Part shown: in pieces, positions 31,838-44,088 of the stretch | How the letters are laid out: every line of letters begins with the position of its first letter | Numbering within the stretch: the first letter of the stretch is position 1 | From: an uncultured Gemmatimonadales bacterium | GTDB taxonomy: Bacteria > Gemmatimonadota > Gemmatimonadetes > Gemmatimonadales > GWC2-71-9 | DNA length: 64,000 nt | Assembly (NCBI GenBank): GCA_963815515.1 | Contig: CAWFGP010000001.1 | Coordinates: forward strand, 1,070,133 to 1,134,132 | Reading direction: 5' to 3' | Notes under the pieces: generated by a model | Seen by the model: only the letters and a program-made list of their open reading frames with translations | Told to the model about the DNA's origin: nothing | Database searches by the model: none | Made by a program: the position numbers and the translations under genes

Positions 31838-33030
31838 GGCAGCACCCGCTCTGCGCCCCCGAGCGGGGCCTCGACGGCCGGCCGGTAGACCGCGACCCGG
31901 CGCACCCGGCGCCGGACGACCTGCTCCACCACGAGGCGGTACCCGTGGAGATCGATCGACTCGCCGGAGCGGGGCACCCGGCCGAACTCGGCGAGCACCA
32001 GCCCGCCGACCGTGCTCACGTCCTCGCGGTCGAAGCTGTGCCCCAGCACGCCCTCCAGCTCGGACAGCGCCACGCCGCCTTCGACCCGGAGCTGGTCCTC
32101 GGAAACCACCTGGATCGGCGCGACCTCGTCGGTGTCGCGCTCGTCCTGGATCTCGCCCACGATCTGCTCGAGGATGTCCTCGAGCGTGACGATGCCCGCC
32201 GTGCCGCCGAACTCGTCCACCACGACCGCCAGGTGGCTCGGCCCCCGCTGGAAGTCGCGCAGCTGCCGGTCGAGCTGCTTGCCCTCCGGCACGAACGCGG
32301 AGGGCCGGATGAGTGTCTGCCAGGGCGCGCCGTCGTCGCCGCTGGCGGCCAGGACGTCCTTCGCGTAGATCACGCCCGCGACGGCGTCGGGATGCCCATC
32401 GTAGACCAGGAGCCGGGCGTGCTCGGAGCTCCGGAGGGTCGCCGTGACCTCCTCGCGGTCCGCCGACGAATCGACCGCGACGATGTCGATGCGGGGCGTC
32501 ATCACCTCGGCCACGGTGGTGTCGGCCAGCGAGAACACGCCCAGCAGCATGTCGCGCTCGGCGGCGCCGGCGTGGTGCGGAGCGATCCTGGAGGCCGGTG
32601 AGCGCGCGCGGGCGTCGGCCCAGGCCGCCAGGCGGAGCAGGAGCCGGAACGGCGCCAGGGTGGCCGCCGCCGCCCGCCGCGCCGGGCCGGTGAGCTCCGG
32701 CGCCACGGCGGCGAGCAGCCGCGGCAGCAGGTCGCCGAGCACCCAGACCAGGCCGACCGCGAGCATCAGCCGGATCAGCCCCGCCGAGGGCGAGCGCGCC
32801 CACCACGCCACGGCGCCACCGGCCGCGGCGCCCGCGAGCACGAGCAGCGCGAGATGGGCCACGTGCAGGTTGCGCGACAACGTACCGGCGCCGGATTCAT
32901 TGGAGAACTCGCCGCCGAGGGCGCGCGGCAGGTCCGCGTCCGATTCGGCGGCGAGCGCCAGCCACGCCGACCAGAGCGTCAGCGCCGCGGCCACCAGCGG
33001 CGCGATGAAGAGCTGCAGCATGGCCATCAT
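31834..33030 (-). CDS. CNNM/CorC (hemolysin family) CBS-domain protein
   Basis: VAEVMTPRIDI, VVDEFGGTAGIVTLEDILEQIVGEI, CorC_HlyC tail. Confidence 0.9.
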   Translation of the reverse strand: MMAMLQLFIAPLVAAALTLWSAWLALAAESDADLPRALGGEFSNESGAGTLSRNLHVAHLALLVLAGAAAGGAVAWWARSPSAGLIRLMLAVGLVWVLGDLLPRLLAAVAPELTGPARRAAAATLAPFRLLLRLAAWADARARSPASRIAPHHAGAAERDMLLGVFSLADTTVAEVMTPRIDIVAVDSSADREEVTATLRSSEHARLLVYDGHPDAVAGVIYAKDVLAASGDDGAPWQTLIRPSAFVPEGKQLDRQLRDFQRGPSHLAVVVDEFGGTAGIVTLEDILEQIVGEIQDERDTDEVAPIQVVSEDQLRVEGGVALSELEGVLGHSFDREDVSTVGGLVLAEFGRVPRSGESIDLHGYRLVVEQVVRRRVRRVAVYRPAVEAPLGGAERVLP

Positions 33031-33040
33031 GAACGGGCGC

Positions 33041-33445
33041 TCACGCGAGAGCCTCCACGTATCGCTCCTGGCGCCGCCACATGGGCGACGACGTCCGCCG
33101 CTCGTCCTCGGGATGCTCCCGGCCGAGGGCGTGCAGCGTCCCATGCACCACCAGGCGCACGAGCTCCTCGCGGACCGGGATGCGGCGGGCCCGCGCCTCG
33201 CGCTCGGCCACCCACGCGCAGACGTACACGTCACCGACCGCCCGCCCTGCTGCGTCGGCCAGGGCGAAACTCAGGACGTCGGTCGGCCGATCATGGCCTT
33301 TGTGCTCGGCGTTGAGCCGGCGCATCGCGTCGCGGCCGATGAAGGTGACCGAGATCGAGGCGCGCCGGCGCTCGCCGCGCAGCACGGCCTCGACGACCCG
33401 GCGCACGAGAGCGGCCGGCAGCGGCACGCGGCGGCCGTTCACCAC
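33041..33445 (-). CDS. ybeY: rRNA maturation endoribonuclease YbeY
   Basis: LNAEHKGHDRPTDVLSF, HGTLHALGREH; start uncertain. Confidence 0.92.
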   Translation of the reverse strand: MVNGRRVPLPAALVRRVVEAVLRGERRRASISVTFIGRDAMRRLNAEHKGHDRPTDVLSFALADAAGRAVGDVYVCAWVAEREARARRIPVREELVRLVVHGTLHALGREHPEDERRTSSPMWRRQERYVEALA

Positions 33446-33449
33446 GACA

Positions 33450-35648
33450 TCACTGCCGCTCGGCAGTCTGGAATTCCGGGGTGATGCCGCCGCTGGCACG
33501 GGGATATCCGATGCGCTTGTGGTAGGTGCCCGACATGACGCGGGCGAACTCCCGCTTCACCCGGTCGAGATCGCGCAGGGTGAGCGGGGCATCGTCGAGC
33601 TGGCCGGAGGCGAGCTTCTGCTGGACCAGCAGCTCGATGGCCTCGCGCACCTTGTCCGGCGTCTGCTCCGGCAGCACGCGAATCGCCGCTTCGGCCGAAT
33701 CCGCGAGCATGGCCACCGCGGTCTCGGCGCTCTGCGGGCGCGGGCCCGGGTAGCGATAATCGGCCGGATTGGGGGACGTGGTGGCGAGATTCCGTCGGGC
33801 CCGCATGAGAAAGTACGTAATCTCTGTGGTGCCGTGGTGCTCCGGGATGAACGCCCGCACCACCCGGGGAAGCGCGGCCGCCTCGGCGAGCGCGATACCG
33901 TCGAGCACGTGCTGCCGGATGATGCGTGCCGAGTCCATCGGCGGCAACTGGTCGTGCGGGTTGGGGCCGCCGCCCTGATTCTCGACGAAGAAGCCGGGCG
34001 CGCTCAGCTTCCCGATATCGTGGTAGTAGCACCCGACGCGCGCCAGCAGGCCGTTCGCGCCGATGATGTTGCAGGCCGACTCGCAGAGGTTGGCCATGGC
34101 GAGGCTGTGGGCCCACGTGCCCGGGGCTTCGAGCGCCAGGCGCCGGAGCAGCGGCCGCCCCAGGTCGGAGAGCTCGAGCAGCGTCAGGTCGGTCGTGATG
34201 CGGGTGGCCGATTCGGCGAGCGGCATGACCAGCATCGCCAGCGCCGCGCTGGCGAGCGCCATGAGCGAGCCGAGCAGGGCGCTCGCCACGATCGTGATCG
34301 TGGCCCAGCCCTGGAGCAGGCCCACCGTGATCGACGCCAGGATGCTCGCCGCCGCCACGACCGCCACCGTGACGTAGAGGTGCCGGCGCCGCCGGACCGC
34401 CCGGATGCCGATGGCGCCGGCCACCCCGCCGACCAGGCCGAAGAACAGGATGCCGCTCTCCCCGAGCGACCACTGCCCGTCGAGCAGCACGGCGAGCGTC
34501 AGCGCCGCGAACACGCCGATGCGCCCGTTGTAGAGCAGCGTCACCAGGATGGCGGCGAAGGGGATGGGCACCATCTCGGGCCGGATGGGGAGGAGCTGCG
34601 TGGTGCCGGCCGTGATCAGCACGACCAGCGAGAAAAGCGCCCCGAAGAAGGCCATCTCGCGCAGCTCGACATAGGTCTCCCGTCGGTAGAACACCATCAG
34701 CAGCCAGAAGACGCCCAGCACCATCGTATTGTAGAGCAGCGCGCCCACCACCCCGGGCGTCCAGTAGCCGCCGGCGCCCCGCCGCTGCAGCTCCTGCCGC
34801 AAGGCGACCATCTTGGCCCGCATCTCTTCGGTCACCGGCTGTCCCGCGGCGGCGATCTGTTCGCCCGCGCGTACTCCGTAGCGTATCGGGTCGACGCTGG
34901 CGCGGAGCTGCTCGCGGCGCGCGCTCGTGAGCGTGGCGTCGGGCACGATGGTGGGATGATAGAACGCGCCCACGACGCGCCGCAGCGTGCGCTGGCCCGC
35001 CGGATCTTCCACCACGATGCCCGCGGCCTCCGCCTGCTCCATCAGGTCGGCGAAGGTGAGGATCGAGTCGCGGGCCACGACCCGCTCGTTGTCGTTCCGC
35101 CGGAGCGTGATCTGGCGGCTGGCCTCACCGCGGACCACACCGGCGTCGGCGACGCCGCGCGAGAGGATGTCGCCGAGGAAGTGGGTCACCAGGTCGCTCA
35201 TCTCGCGCCGGTGCGCCGGATCGGCGAGGTAGCGGGTCTCCTCGGGGCCCAGGTGTGCCTGGGTGGAGGCGACCGCGCGCATGAGCTCGGGGCCCTGCGC
35301 GCTCGCGCGCTCGAGATCGGCGAAGAAGTCGCGCGCGGCGGCGAGCGACGAGTCGTAGGCGGTGGGGCTGAAGCGGTAGACGGGCTGCGCGGTCAGGGCC
35401 CGCGATTCACCCTCGCGCGCGATCTCGTCGGTGGTCTTCCGCACCTGGTACGGAAAGGGCGCCACGACGGTGCGCTCGGAGCGCTGCCCGACATCGGGGA
35501 TCCGGGCCCCGATGCCGGCCGGCGGCGGAAACAGCAGGTAGGTCAGAACCGCGGTGACGAGCAGGGGAACCCACCGGACAAGGTGGAACTTGATCCGGTC
35601 GGACGGTGTGTCCCCAAACGGGCTTCGAGGCACCTCCCCGGGAGCCAT
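33450..35648 (-). CDS. 7TM-HD membrane phosphohydrolase (PgpH-like)
   Basis: Extracellular domain plus 7 TMs, EAPGTWAHS, YYHDIGK, EHHGT, MLADSAEAA. Confidence 0.9.
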   Translation of the reverse strand: MAPGEVPRSPFGDTPSDRIKFHLVRWVPLLVTAVLTYLLFPPPAGIGARIPDVGQRSERTVVAPFPYQVRKTTDEIAREGESRALTAQPVYRFSPTAYDSSLAAARDFFADLERASAQGPELMRAVASTQAHLGPEETRYLADPAHRREMSDLVTHFLGDILSRGVADAGVVRGEASRQITLRRNDNERVVARDSILTFADLMEQAEAAGIVVEDPAGQRTLRRVVGAFYHPTIVPDATLTSARREQLRASVDPIRYGVRAGEQIAAAGQPVTEEMRAKMVALRQELQRRGAGGYWTPGVVGALLYNTMVLGVFWLLMVFYRRETYVELREMAFFGALFSLVVLITAGTTQLLPIRPEMVPIPFAAILVTLLYNGRIGVFAALTLAVLLDGQWSLGESGILFFGLVGGVAGAIGIRAVRRRRHLYVTVAVVAAASILASITVGLLQGWATITIVASALLGSLMALASAALAMLVMPLAESATRITTDLTLLELSDLGRPLLRRLALEAPGTWAHSLAMANLCESACNIIGANGLLARVGCYYHDIGKLSAPGFFVENQGGGPNPHDQLPPMDSARIIRQHVLDGIALAEAAALPRVVRAFIPEHHGTTEITYFLMRARRNLATTSPNPADYRYPGPRPQSAETAVAMLADSAEAAIRVLPEQTPDKVREAIELLVQQKLASGQLDDAPLTLRDLDRVKREFARVMSGTYHKRIGYPRASGGITPEFQTAERQ

Positions 35649-36601
35649 CAGCCGTTCTGATCCTCCGCGTAGGCCAGGATGATCTCGCGCACCAGCCGGT
35701 GCCGCACGACGTCCGCCTCGTGCAGATACTGGAAGGCGATGCCGTCGATCCCGGGTAGAATCCGCTCGACCTGCACCAGCCCGCTGTCCTCGCGCCGGGG
35801 CAGGTCGACCTGCGTCTTGTCGCCGGTGACCACCGTCTTGCTGTTCACGCCCAGGCGGGTGAGGAACATCTTCATCTGAGCGCCCGTGGCGTTCTGGGCC
35901 TCGTCGAGGATGATGAACGCGTCGGCCAGCGTGCGCCCGCGCATGTATGCCAGGGGCGCGATCTCGATCGTGCGGGTCTCGAGCGCGCGCTGCACCCGGT
36001 CGTGCGGCATCATGTCCTCGAGCGCATCGTACAGCGGGCGGAGGTACGGGTCGACCTTGGCCTGGATATCGCCCGGCAGGAAGCCCAGCGACTCGCCGGC
36101 CTCGACCGCCGGGCGCGCCAGGATGATGCGCTTGACCCGCTTCCGCGCGAGCGCCTCCACCGCCTTGGCCACCGCCAGGTACGTCTTGCCGGTGCCGGCG
36201 GGGCCGATCCCGATCACGATATCGTGGTTGCTTATGGCCTGCAGGTAGTCGCGCTGGCCCTGGGTCTTGGGGACGATGGCGCGCCGGAGCCCCGGGAGCA
36301 CGATCTTGCCGTCGCTGGTCTGGGCCGGCAGCTCGCTCGGCGGCCCTTCCGACGCCAGCCGGAGGACGTCGTCCGGTGAGACCGGCTCGCCCATCCGGGC
36401 CAGGTCCAGCAGTCCCTGGACGATGGGTGTGGCGCGCTCGAGCTGCTCGGCGGTGCCGGCCAGGCTCACGTCGTCGCCGCGGAACGAGACCCGGATGCCG
36501 AGGCTGCGCTGCAGCTCCATCAGGTTCGCGTCGTTGACCCCGGCGAACAGCAGCGGGTCGGCACCTTCGGCCGAGAGCCGATGATGGTGGTCGTCGGCCA
36601 T
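35648..36601 (-). CDS. phoH: PhoH family ATPase
   Basis: GPAGTGKTYLA, RPAVEAGESLGFLPG, YMRGRTL, LDEAQN. Confidence 0.95.
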   Translation of the reverse strand: MADDHHHRLSAEGADPLLFAGVNDANLMELQRSLGIRVSFRGDDVSLAGTAEQLERATPIVQGLLDLARMGEPVSPDDVLRLASEGPPSELPAQTSDGKIVLPGLRRAIVPKTQGQRDYLQAISNHDIVIGIGPAGTGKTYLAVAKAVEALARKRVKRIILARPAVEAGESLGFLPGDIQAKVDPYLRPLYDALEDMMPHDRVQRALETRTIEIAPLAYMRGRTLADAFIILDEAQNATGAQMKMFLTRLGVNSKTVVTGDKTQVDLPRREDSGLVQVERILPGIDGIAFQYLHEADVVRHRLVREIILAYAEDQNG

Positions 36602-36604
36602 TGG

Positions 36605-38386
<1,782 letters not shown>

Positions 38387-38408
38387 GGGAGAGGCGGAGC
38401 GCACCAGA

Positions 38409-38864
38409 TCAATGCGCTTCGGCGTCGAGGAGGACGTGGTAGAACTCATCAGCGGTGGTGGCCTCGAGCAGTTGCTGGCGCACCGCATCGCGGCGGACCA
38501 GGCGGGCGATGCGACTCAGGATCTTGACGTGCAGGCCGGCCGACGCCTCCGGCCCCACGATGAGAAAAACCAGCCGCACCGGCTCCCCATCGATGGCATC
38601 GAACGGCACCGGGGCCGGGGTCACGCCGGCAACCATCGTCAGGTCGTGCACCGCGGCGCACCGCCCGTGCGGTATGGCCACCCCGAAGCCGATGCCCGTG
38701 CTCTGCACCGACTCGCGTTCCAGCACCGCCGCGAGGACGTCGTTGTATTCAGCGTTCGCCAGGTTCGCAAGCTTTCGCGTGAGCGCCGCGATGGCCGTGT
38801 GCCGATCACCGGCGCTGAGCGGAACCACCACCCGGTCCGGCGAGAGCAGCTCGGTCAGGAGCAC
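38409..38864 (-). CDS. PTS IIA (Ntr/fructose-type) domain protein
   Basis: VLERESVQSTGIGFGVAIPHGR, FDAIDGEPV, HVKILSRIARL. Confidence 0.9.
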   Translation of the reverse strand: MLLTELLSPDRVVVPLSAGDRHTAIAALTRKLANLANAEYNDVLAAVLERESVQSTGIGFGVAIPHGRCAAVHDLTMVAGVTPAPVPFDAIDGEPVRLVFLIVGPEASAGLHVKILSRIARLVRRDAVRQQLLEATTADEFYHVLLDAEAH

Positions 38865-38979
38865 GGCACGGCCTGGCGGTGCATGGGACAAACGTAACCG
38901 TCGGCGGGGGGGCGGGCAATGCGAGAACGCGGCGGGAAAGGCCACGCCGATCGGGGCTATCCGATTAGATTCCAACACG

Positions 38980-40077
38980 ATGAGCCACCACCCCGTCACC
39001 GCCCCCAGTCGCCCGGTCAACCTGCTGGACCGCACGCCGGCGGCCGCCCGCGAGCTGCTGGCCGCCTGGGTGGCCGAGCACGGGCTGCCCGCCTACCGCG
39101 CCGGCCAGATCCTGCGCCGGCTCTGGCAGGCGCCGGTGCCGGCCTGGACCGACGCCACCGAGCTGCCGCTCGCCCTCCGGGCCGAGCTGGATGCCGCGTT
39201 TCCGCTCCTCCGGCTGACGGCGGAAGTGGAGCAGCTGTCGGCCGATGGCACCCGGAAGTTCCTCTGGCGCCTGGCGGACGGCGAGGCCATCGAATCGGTG
39301 CTGATCCCGTCGGGCGGCCGCCGGACACTCTGCCTCAGCTCCCAGGCCGGGTGCGCCCTCAAGTGCGCCTTCTGCGCCACGGGGCAGATGGGCTACCGGC
39401 GGAACCTCAGCGCCTTCGAGATCGCGGGCCAGGTGCGCGAGATCGCGCTCCGCGATCCGGCGGACTTGCCGACCAACGTCGTCTTCATGGGCATGGGAGA
39501 GCCGCTGCTCAACTGGCCGGCCGTCGACACCGCGCTGACCATCCTCAACGCACCCGACGGTCTCGGGATCGGCGCGCGCCATATCACTGTGTCGACCGTG
39601 GGCATCCTGCCGGGCATGCAGGCGTTGGCCCGGCGGCCGGAGCAGTTCCGGCTCGCCATCTCCCTGCATGCGACGACGTCGGCGCAGCGCCTGGGCATCA
39701 TGCCGATCGAGAAGAAATACGACCTGGAGGCGGTGCTCGCCGCGGCAGCGGCATTCCGGAAGCGCGTCACCTTCGAATACGTCATGATCGGCGGCGTGAA
39801 CGACCAGAACGCGGATGCCGACCGGCTGGCGCGGCTGGCGCGCCGGCTGGGCGCCCTGGTCAACATTCTGCCGCTGCATCCGGGCGGTGCGCCCGGTCTC
39901 ATCCCGACGACCAGCGAGCGGATCCGGGCGTTCGCGGGGCGGCTTCGGAATCAGGGCATCGAGGCCACGGTGCGGCGGAGCCGGGGGCTGGACATCGACG
40001 CGGCGTGCGGGCAGCTGCGGGTGGCTACGGAGCGGAAGCGGAGGGCTCGAGTGGGGGCGGCAGAGGGCGGCGGGTAA
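38980..40077 (+). CDS. rlmN: 23S rRNA m2A2503 methyltransferase RlmN
   Basis: CALKCAFC radical SAM motif, MGMGEPL, ISLH, IDAACGQL. Confidence 0.95.
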   Translation: MSHHPVTAPSRPVNLLDRTPAAARELLAAWVAEHGLPAYRAGQILRRLWQAPVPAWTDATELPLALRAELDAAFPLLRLTAEVEQLSADGTRKFLWRLADGEAIESVLIPSGGRRTLCLSSQAGCALKCAFCATGQMGYRRNLSAFEIAGQVREIALRDPADLPTNVVFMGMGEPLLNWPAVDTALTILNAPDGLGIGARHITVSTVGILPGMQALARRPEQFRLAISLHATTSAQRLGIMPIEKKYDLEAVLAAAAAFRKRVTFEYVMIGGVNDQNADADRLARLARRLGALVNILPLHPGGAPGLIPTTSERIRAFAGRLRNQGIEATVRRSRGLDIDAACGQLRVATERKRRARVGAAEGGG

Positions 40078-40112
40078 GCCCATCACCAGGAGATGGTCCG
40101 CAGGAGAGCTCC

Positions 40113-40324
40113 GTCATCCCGAGCGAAGCGAGGGACCATGCGCGGGAATGGCTCGGAACGCCCCCACCGCACCAGCCGGTTCACCACGGAACCACGGAAA
40201 ACACGGAAACAGCAACAGCGATACTGATGGTTTGCTCCGTACAGCTTCCGTGTTTCCGTGGTGAACTACTGGTCCTGCCTCGAGGCATTCCCGCGCAAGG
40301 TCCCTCGCTTCGCTCAGGGATGAC
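40113..40324. repeat. nested composite palindrome: REP-like outer arms around a TTCACCACGG...CCGTGGTGAA inner element
   Basis: Outer arms 40113-40155 and 40281-40324 (about 43 bp, 2 mismatches, 1 indel); inner arms 40179-40200 and 40245-40266. Confidence 0.9.
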
Positions 40325-40345
40325 TAGCGCTCTGTGCCGTCCCCC

Positions 40346-43117
40346 CTACCCCGTCGCCCCGAACCCCGTCGCGATACAGTTGATCGACAGCAGCAGCGCC
40401 GACAGCAGCTCTTCCTGCGACTTGTCGCTGCCGCTCTCCCGGAACCGGCGCAGCAGCTCGATCTGCTGGCGGGAGATCTGATTCAGAATCGGCATCCGGC
40501 GCGCGAGCTTGCGCCGGAACCTCGGGAACCGCTCGGCCAGCGCCGTTCCGCCGCTGATTCTCAAGACCGCCTCGACCGTCCGATGATACTCCTCCTCGAT
40601 CAGCGGGAGCACGGCCGCCCGCACCCGCTCCTCCGGTACCAGCTCCGCATACTCCCGCGCCATCGCCAGGTCGACATAGGACAGCGTCTTCTCGACCTCG
40701 TCCACGATGAGCCGGAAGAGGCGCGAGTCATTGAACATCCGCTGAATGAGCGCGGCCCCGCGCTGGCCCCGCACCTGGAGGAACGTCAGCACCCCGCTGC
40801 CGACCCCGAACCAGCCGGGCACGAAATGCCGGTTCTGCGACCAGGCGAACACCCACGGGATCGCGCGCAGGTCGCTGAGCGAGCGCGCCCCGAACCGCCG
40901 CGCCGGCCGGGAGCCGAGATTGAGGAAGGAAATCTCCTCGAGCGGGCTCGCCGTCTGGTAGTAGGGGAGCAGGTCGGGATGGTCGACCAGCTTCCGATAG
41001 GCGGCCTGGGCCGCGCCCGAGAGCGCCTCCATCGCCTCGTCGAACTCGGCCGTCGGCACCAGCGCCTCCTCGCGCTCGGACTTGAGCGTGTGCTCCACGA
41101 CGCTCGCTGCGAGCAGCTCGATCTGGTACTGTGCCGTGCCCCGGTTGGCGTACTTGAAGGAGACCACCTCGCCCTGTTCGGTGATGCGCATCCGCCCCTG
41201 GATCGAGCCGGCTGGCTGCGCGGCGATGGCGCGCCCGGTCGGCGCCCCGCCCCGGCTCACCGATCCACCGCGTCCGTGGAAGAAGGCGATGGGCACCCCC
41301 ATCTCCTTCCCCACCCGCGTGAGCTTGATCTGGGCCTTGTACAGCTCCCAGTTCGAGGTCAGGAAGCCGCCGTCCTTGTTCGAGTCCGAGTAGCCGATCA
41401 TCACTTCCTGCACCCCGCCCTGCGCGCGCACGCTGCGCTTGACCAGGGGCACGCCGAGGAGCTCGCGCATGATGGCCGGCGCGCGCTGCAGGTCCTCGAT
41501 GGTCTCGAACAGCGGCACGATCGGGAGGGTGCAGCTCTCGACGCCCGCCGTATCGCCGAACAGCCCGCCGACCTTGGCCAGCTGGTAGGCGCCGAGCACG
41601 TCGCTCACGCTCTGCGTCATGCTGAGCACGAACGCGCCGAAGGCCTCGCGGTCGATCTCCTCGCGCAGCCGGCGCACCAGCTGGAACATGCCGAAGGTTT
41701 CCGCGAACTCCGCCGACGGCACGGGAGCGGCCGCGCCCGGGGTGAGCGGCCGGGCCAGCTCGGCCGCCAGCCAGGCGCGCCAGGCCTCCGTGCCGGGCTC
41801 CGGCGCCTCGCCGGTGCCGCCGCCGATCCGCCACAGGTCGGCCAGCGCGGCGTTGAGCTTGGTGGTGTTCTCCCGGACGTCGAGCCGCACCGTGCTGAAG
41901 CGGAACGACTCGACCTCGCGGCGCACCGGACGGACCAGCGCGCTGGCCAGCTCGGGCCGGCCGGCCTCCACCAGCTCGTCCTCCATCAGCCTGAGGTCGG
42001 CCAGCAGCGCGTCGGCCGAAGCATAGCCCCCGGGATCGGGCCGCGTGTCGCCGCGCTCGGTGCGCTCGATCATCAGCTGGATGCGGCGGAGCATGCAGGC
42101 GAGGTACTGGCGGAACACCTCGCCCGGATTGCGGCTGGCGATCTCCTCGGCCTGTCCGGTCGCCGCCAGCTCGCGCTCGAGCGCCGCGCGGAAGCGGTCG
42201 GTGATCGGGACGGCCTTCTCGGTGATGCTGAGGGCGCGGACCAGCTCGTCGAGCCGGCGCCGGTAACGGCGAAGCCCCGTCAGCCGGTTCTCGAGCAGCG
42301 TGCCGTGGGTGACGTCATTGGTGACGAACGGATTGCCGTCCCGGTCGCCGCCGATCCACGAGCCGAACTGGAAGAACGGCGGCACCAGCCAGCGCTCGCC
42401 CGGATAGAACTGCGCCAGCACCCGCTCGACCTTCTCCAGCAGGTCGGGCACCGCCTCGAACAGGGTCTCGTTGAAGAAGTGCAGGCCCCAGAAGACCTCC
42501 TGGGGCACGGTCGGCTTCTGCAGGCGCAGCTCGCCCGTGAGCCAGAGGAGCTCGATCTCGTTTCGAAGCCCGTCGATGAGTCCCTGGCGCTCGCGCGGCG
42601 TCCACCGGGGCGACTCGAGGTCGACCAGCCGCCGGTAGATGCGCCGATGCTTCTCGAGCACCGTGACCCGTTTGGCTTCGGTGGGATGGGCCGTGATGAC
42701 CGGGCGGACACGCAGCTGGTCGAGCAGCGTCCGGATCTCGGACGCCGGCACCTTGGCGGCCGCCGCATCCGAGAACACCCGCGCGAACGTGCCTCGGAGG
42801 AGCTCGTACCCGCGCTCGGCCTCGATCTGCCGCCGGCGGCGCATGGCCGCGTTCTGCTCCGCGATGTTGAGCAGCTGGAACCAGATCCCCTGCACCTGGA
42901 GCGTGCGGGCCAGCAGCTCCGCGCTCAGCCCGTGCGGCGCCCGCTCGCCGCGCAACACCGGCTCGACCTCCGGATCGCGCTTCCGCACCAGGGTGAGCAT
43001 GAGCTCGCTCAGGAGCTCGAGCACCTCGTTGGCGTAGTGGGCCGCGCTGGCGGCCACGGGGTCGGGCGACTCGGGCAGCTCGGTGGCAGAGAACGGTTCC
43101 AGCGCCACCCCGCTCAC
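40346..43117 (-). CDS. ppc: phosphoenolpyruvate carboxylase
   Basis: VITAHPTE, SWIGGDRDGNP, VPLFET, QEVMIGYSDSNKDGG, FHGRGGSVSRGG, LRAIPWVFAW; GTGA overlap with the upstream gene. Confidence 0.96.
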   Translation of the reverse strand: MSGVALEPFSATELPESPDPVAASAAHYANEVLELLSELMLTLVRKRDPEVEPVLRGERAPHGLSAELLARTLQVQGIWFQLLNIAEQNAAMRRRRQIEAERGYELLRGTFARVFSDAAAAKVPASEIRTLLDQLRVRPVITAHPTEAKRVTVLEKHRRIYRRLVDLESPRWTPRERQGLIDGLRNEIELLWLTGELRLQKPTVPQEVFWGLHFFNETLFEAVPDLLEKVERVLAQFYPGERWLVPPFFQFGSWIGGDRDGNPFVTNDVTHGTLLENRLTGLRRYRRRLDELVRALSITEKAVPITDRFRAALERELAATGQAEEIASRNPGEVFRQYLACMLRRIQLMIERTERGDTRPDPGGYASADALLADLRLMEDELVEAGRPELASALVRPVRREVESFRFSTVRLDVRENTTKLNAALADLWRIGGGTGEAPEPGTEAWRAWLAAELARPLTPGAAAPVPSAEFAETFGMFQLVRRLREEIDREAFGAFVLSMTQSVSDVLGAYQLAKVGGLFGDTAGVESCTLPIVPLFETIEDLQRAPAIMRELLGVPLVKRSVRAQGGVQEVMIGYSDSNKDGGFLTSNWELYKAQIKLTRVGKEMGVPIAFFHGRGGSVSRGGAPTGRAIAAQPAGSIQGRMRITEQGEVVSFKYANRGTAQYQIELLAASVVEHTLKSEREEALVPTAEFDEAMEALSGAAQAAYRKLVDHPDLLPYYQTASPLEEISFLNLGSRPARRFGARSLSDLRAIPWVFAWSQNRHFVPGWFGVGSGVLTFLQVRGQRGAALIQRMFNDSRLFRLIVDEVEKTLSYVDLAMAREYAELVPEERVRAAVLPLIEEEYHRTVEAVLRISGGTALAERFPRFRRKLARRMPILNQISRQQIELLRRFRESGSDKSQEELLSALLLSINCIATGFGATG

Positions 43118-44088
43118 ACGACGCGATCCCGGAGCGGCTTTCCGCTGAAGAAGAGCTGGAGGTTCTCGAACGCCCGCAGGCCCATGGCCACGCGGGTCTC
43201 CTTGGTGGCGCTGCCGAGATGCGGGAGCAGGACGACGTTCTCCATGGCGATCAGCGCCGGCGTCACCTGCGGCTCCTTCTCGTACACGTCGAGCCCCGCG
43301 CCGGCGATCCGCCTGGACTGGAGCGCCTCCACCAGCGCCGCCTCGTCCACCACGTCGCCCCGCGCGGTGTTGATGAGGAACGCTTCGGGCCGCATCAGCG
43401 CCAGGCGCTCGCGGTTCATCAGGTGCCGGGTCTCGGGCGTGGCCGGACAGTGCAGCGAGACGAAGTGCGCCTCCCGCAGGACGTCCTCGAGGCTGTCCCG
43501 AGGCTCCGCGCCGAGCGCCGTGGCCACGTCGGGCGCGGGCGGGAAGGGATCGTGGAAGATCACCTTCATCCCGAACCCGTGATGGGCGCGCTGCGCCACC
43601 GCCCGGGCGATCCGGCCCATGCCGATCAACCCGAGCGTCTTGCCCGTGACGTGCGTGCCGAGCATGTGGGTGGGCCGCCAGCCGGTCCACTGCCCGGCCC
43701 GCAGATGGCGCTCGCCCTCGCCGGTGCGGCGGGCGGCCATGAGCAGGAGCGTCACCGCGAGATCGGCCGTCGCGTCGGTAAGCACGTCCGGCGTGTTGGA
43801 GACGACAATCCCGCGAGCCTTGGCGGCCTCGACGTCGATGTTGTTGAAGCCGACGCCGAAATTGGCCACCAGCTTCGCCCGGCGTGGCTCGGTGGCGAGC
43901 ACCTCGTCGGTCACCTTGTCGGTGACGGTGGTGAGCACGGCGTCCGCGTTTCGCAGGGCTTCCTTCAGTCCGTCCACCGTGAGCGGCCGGTCCTCCGGAT
44001 TGAGGCGCGCGTCGAACTCGCGGGCGAGCGCCTCGTGCACCGGCTCGGGGAGCCGGCGGGTCACCACCACGACCGGGCGCGCGCTCAC
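43114..44088 (-). CDS. hprA: D-glycerate dehydrogenase / hydroxypyruvate-glyoxylate reductase
   Basis: [41 protein letters not shown]; function inferred from operon context. Confidence 0.8.
   Translation of the reverse strand: MSARPVVVVTRRLPEPVHEALAREFDARLNPEDRPLTVDGLKEALRNADAVLTTVTDKVTDEVLATEPRRAKLVANFGVGFNNIDVEAAKARGIVVSNTPDVLTDATADLAVTLLLMAARRTGEGERHLRAGQWTGWRPTHMLGTHVTGKTLGLIGMGRIARAVAQRAHHGFGMKVIFHDPFPPAPDVATALGAEPRDSLEDVLREAHFVSLHCPATPETRHLMNRERLALMRPEAFLINTARGDVVDEAALVEALQSRRIAGAGLDVYEKEPQVTPALIAMENVVLLPHLGSATKETRVAMGLRAFENLQLFFSGKPLRDRVV

Noticed and set aside
38966-38982. Leaderless rlmN transcript (TAGATT 8 nt before ATG, no SD)
   Set aside because: Plausible, but it rests on one weak hexamer and cannot be supported without TSS data.
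40334-43582. Long antisense ORFs (1082 aa here; also 2991-4712, 27142-29415, 33081-35660, 36581-38527)
   Set aside because: These are shadow ORFs opposite well-supported genes, expected in high-GC DNA, and have no recognisable motifs.
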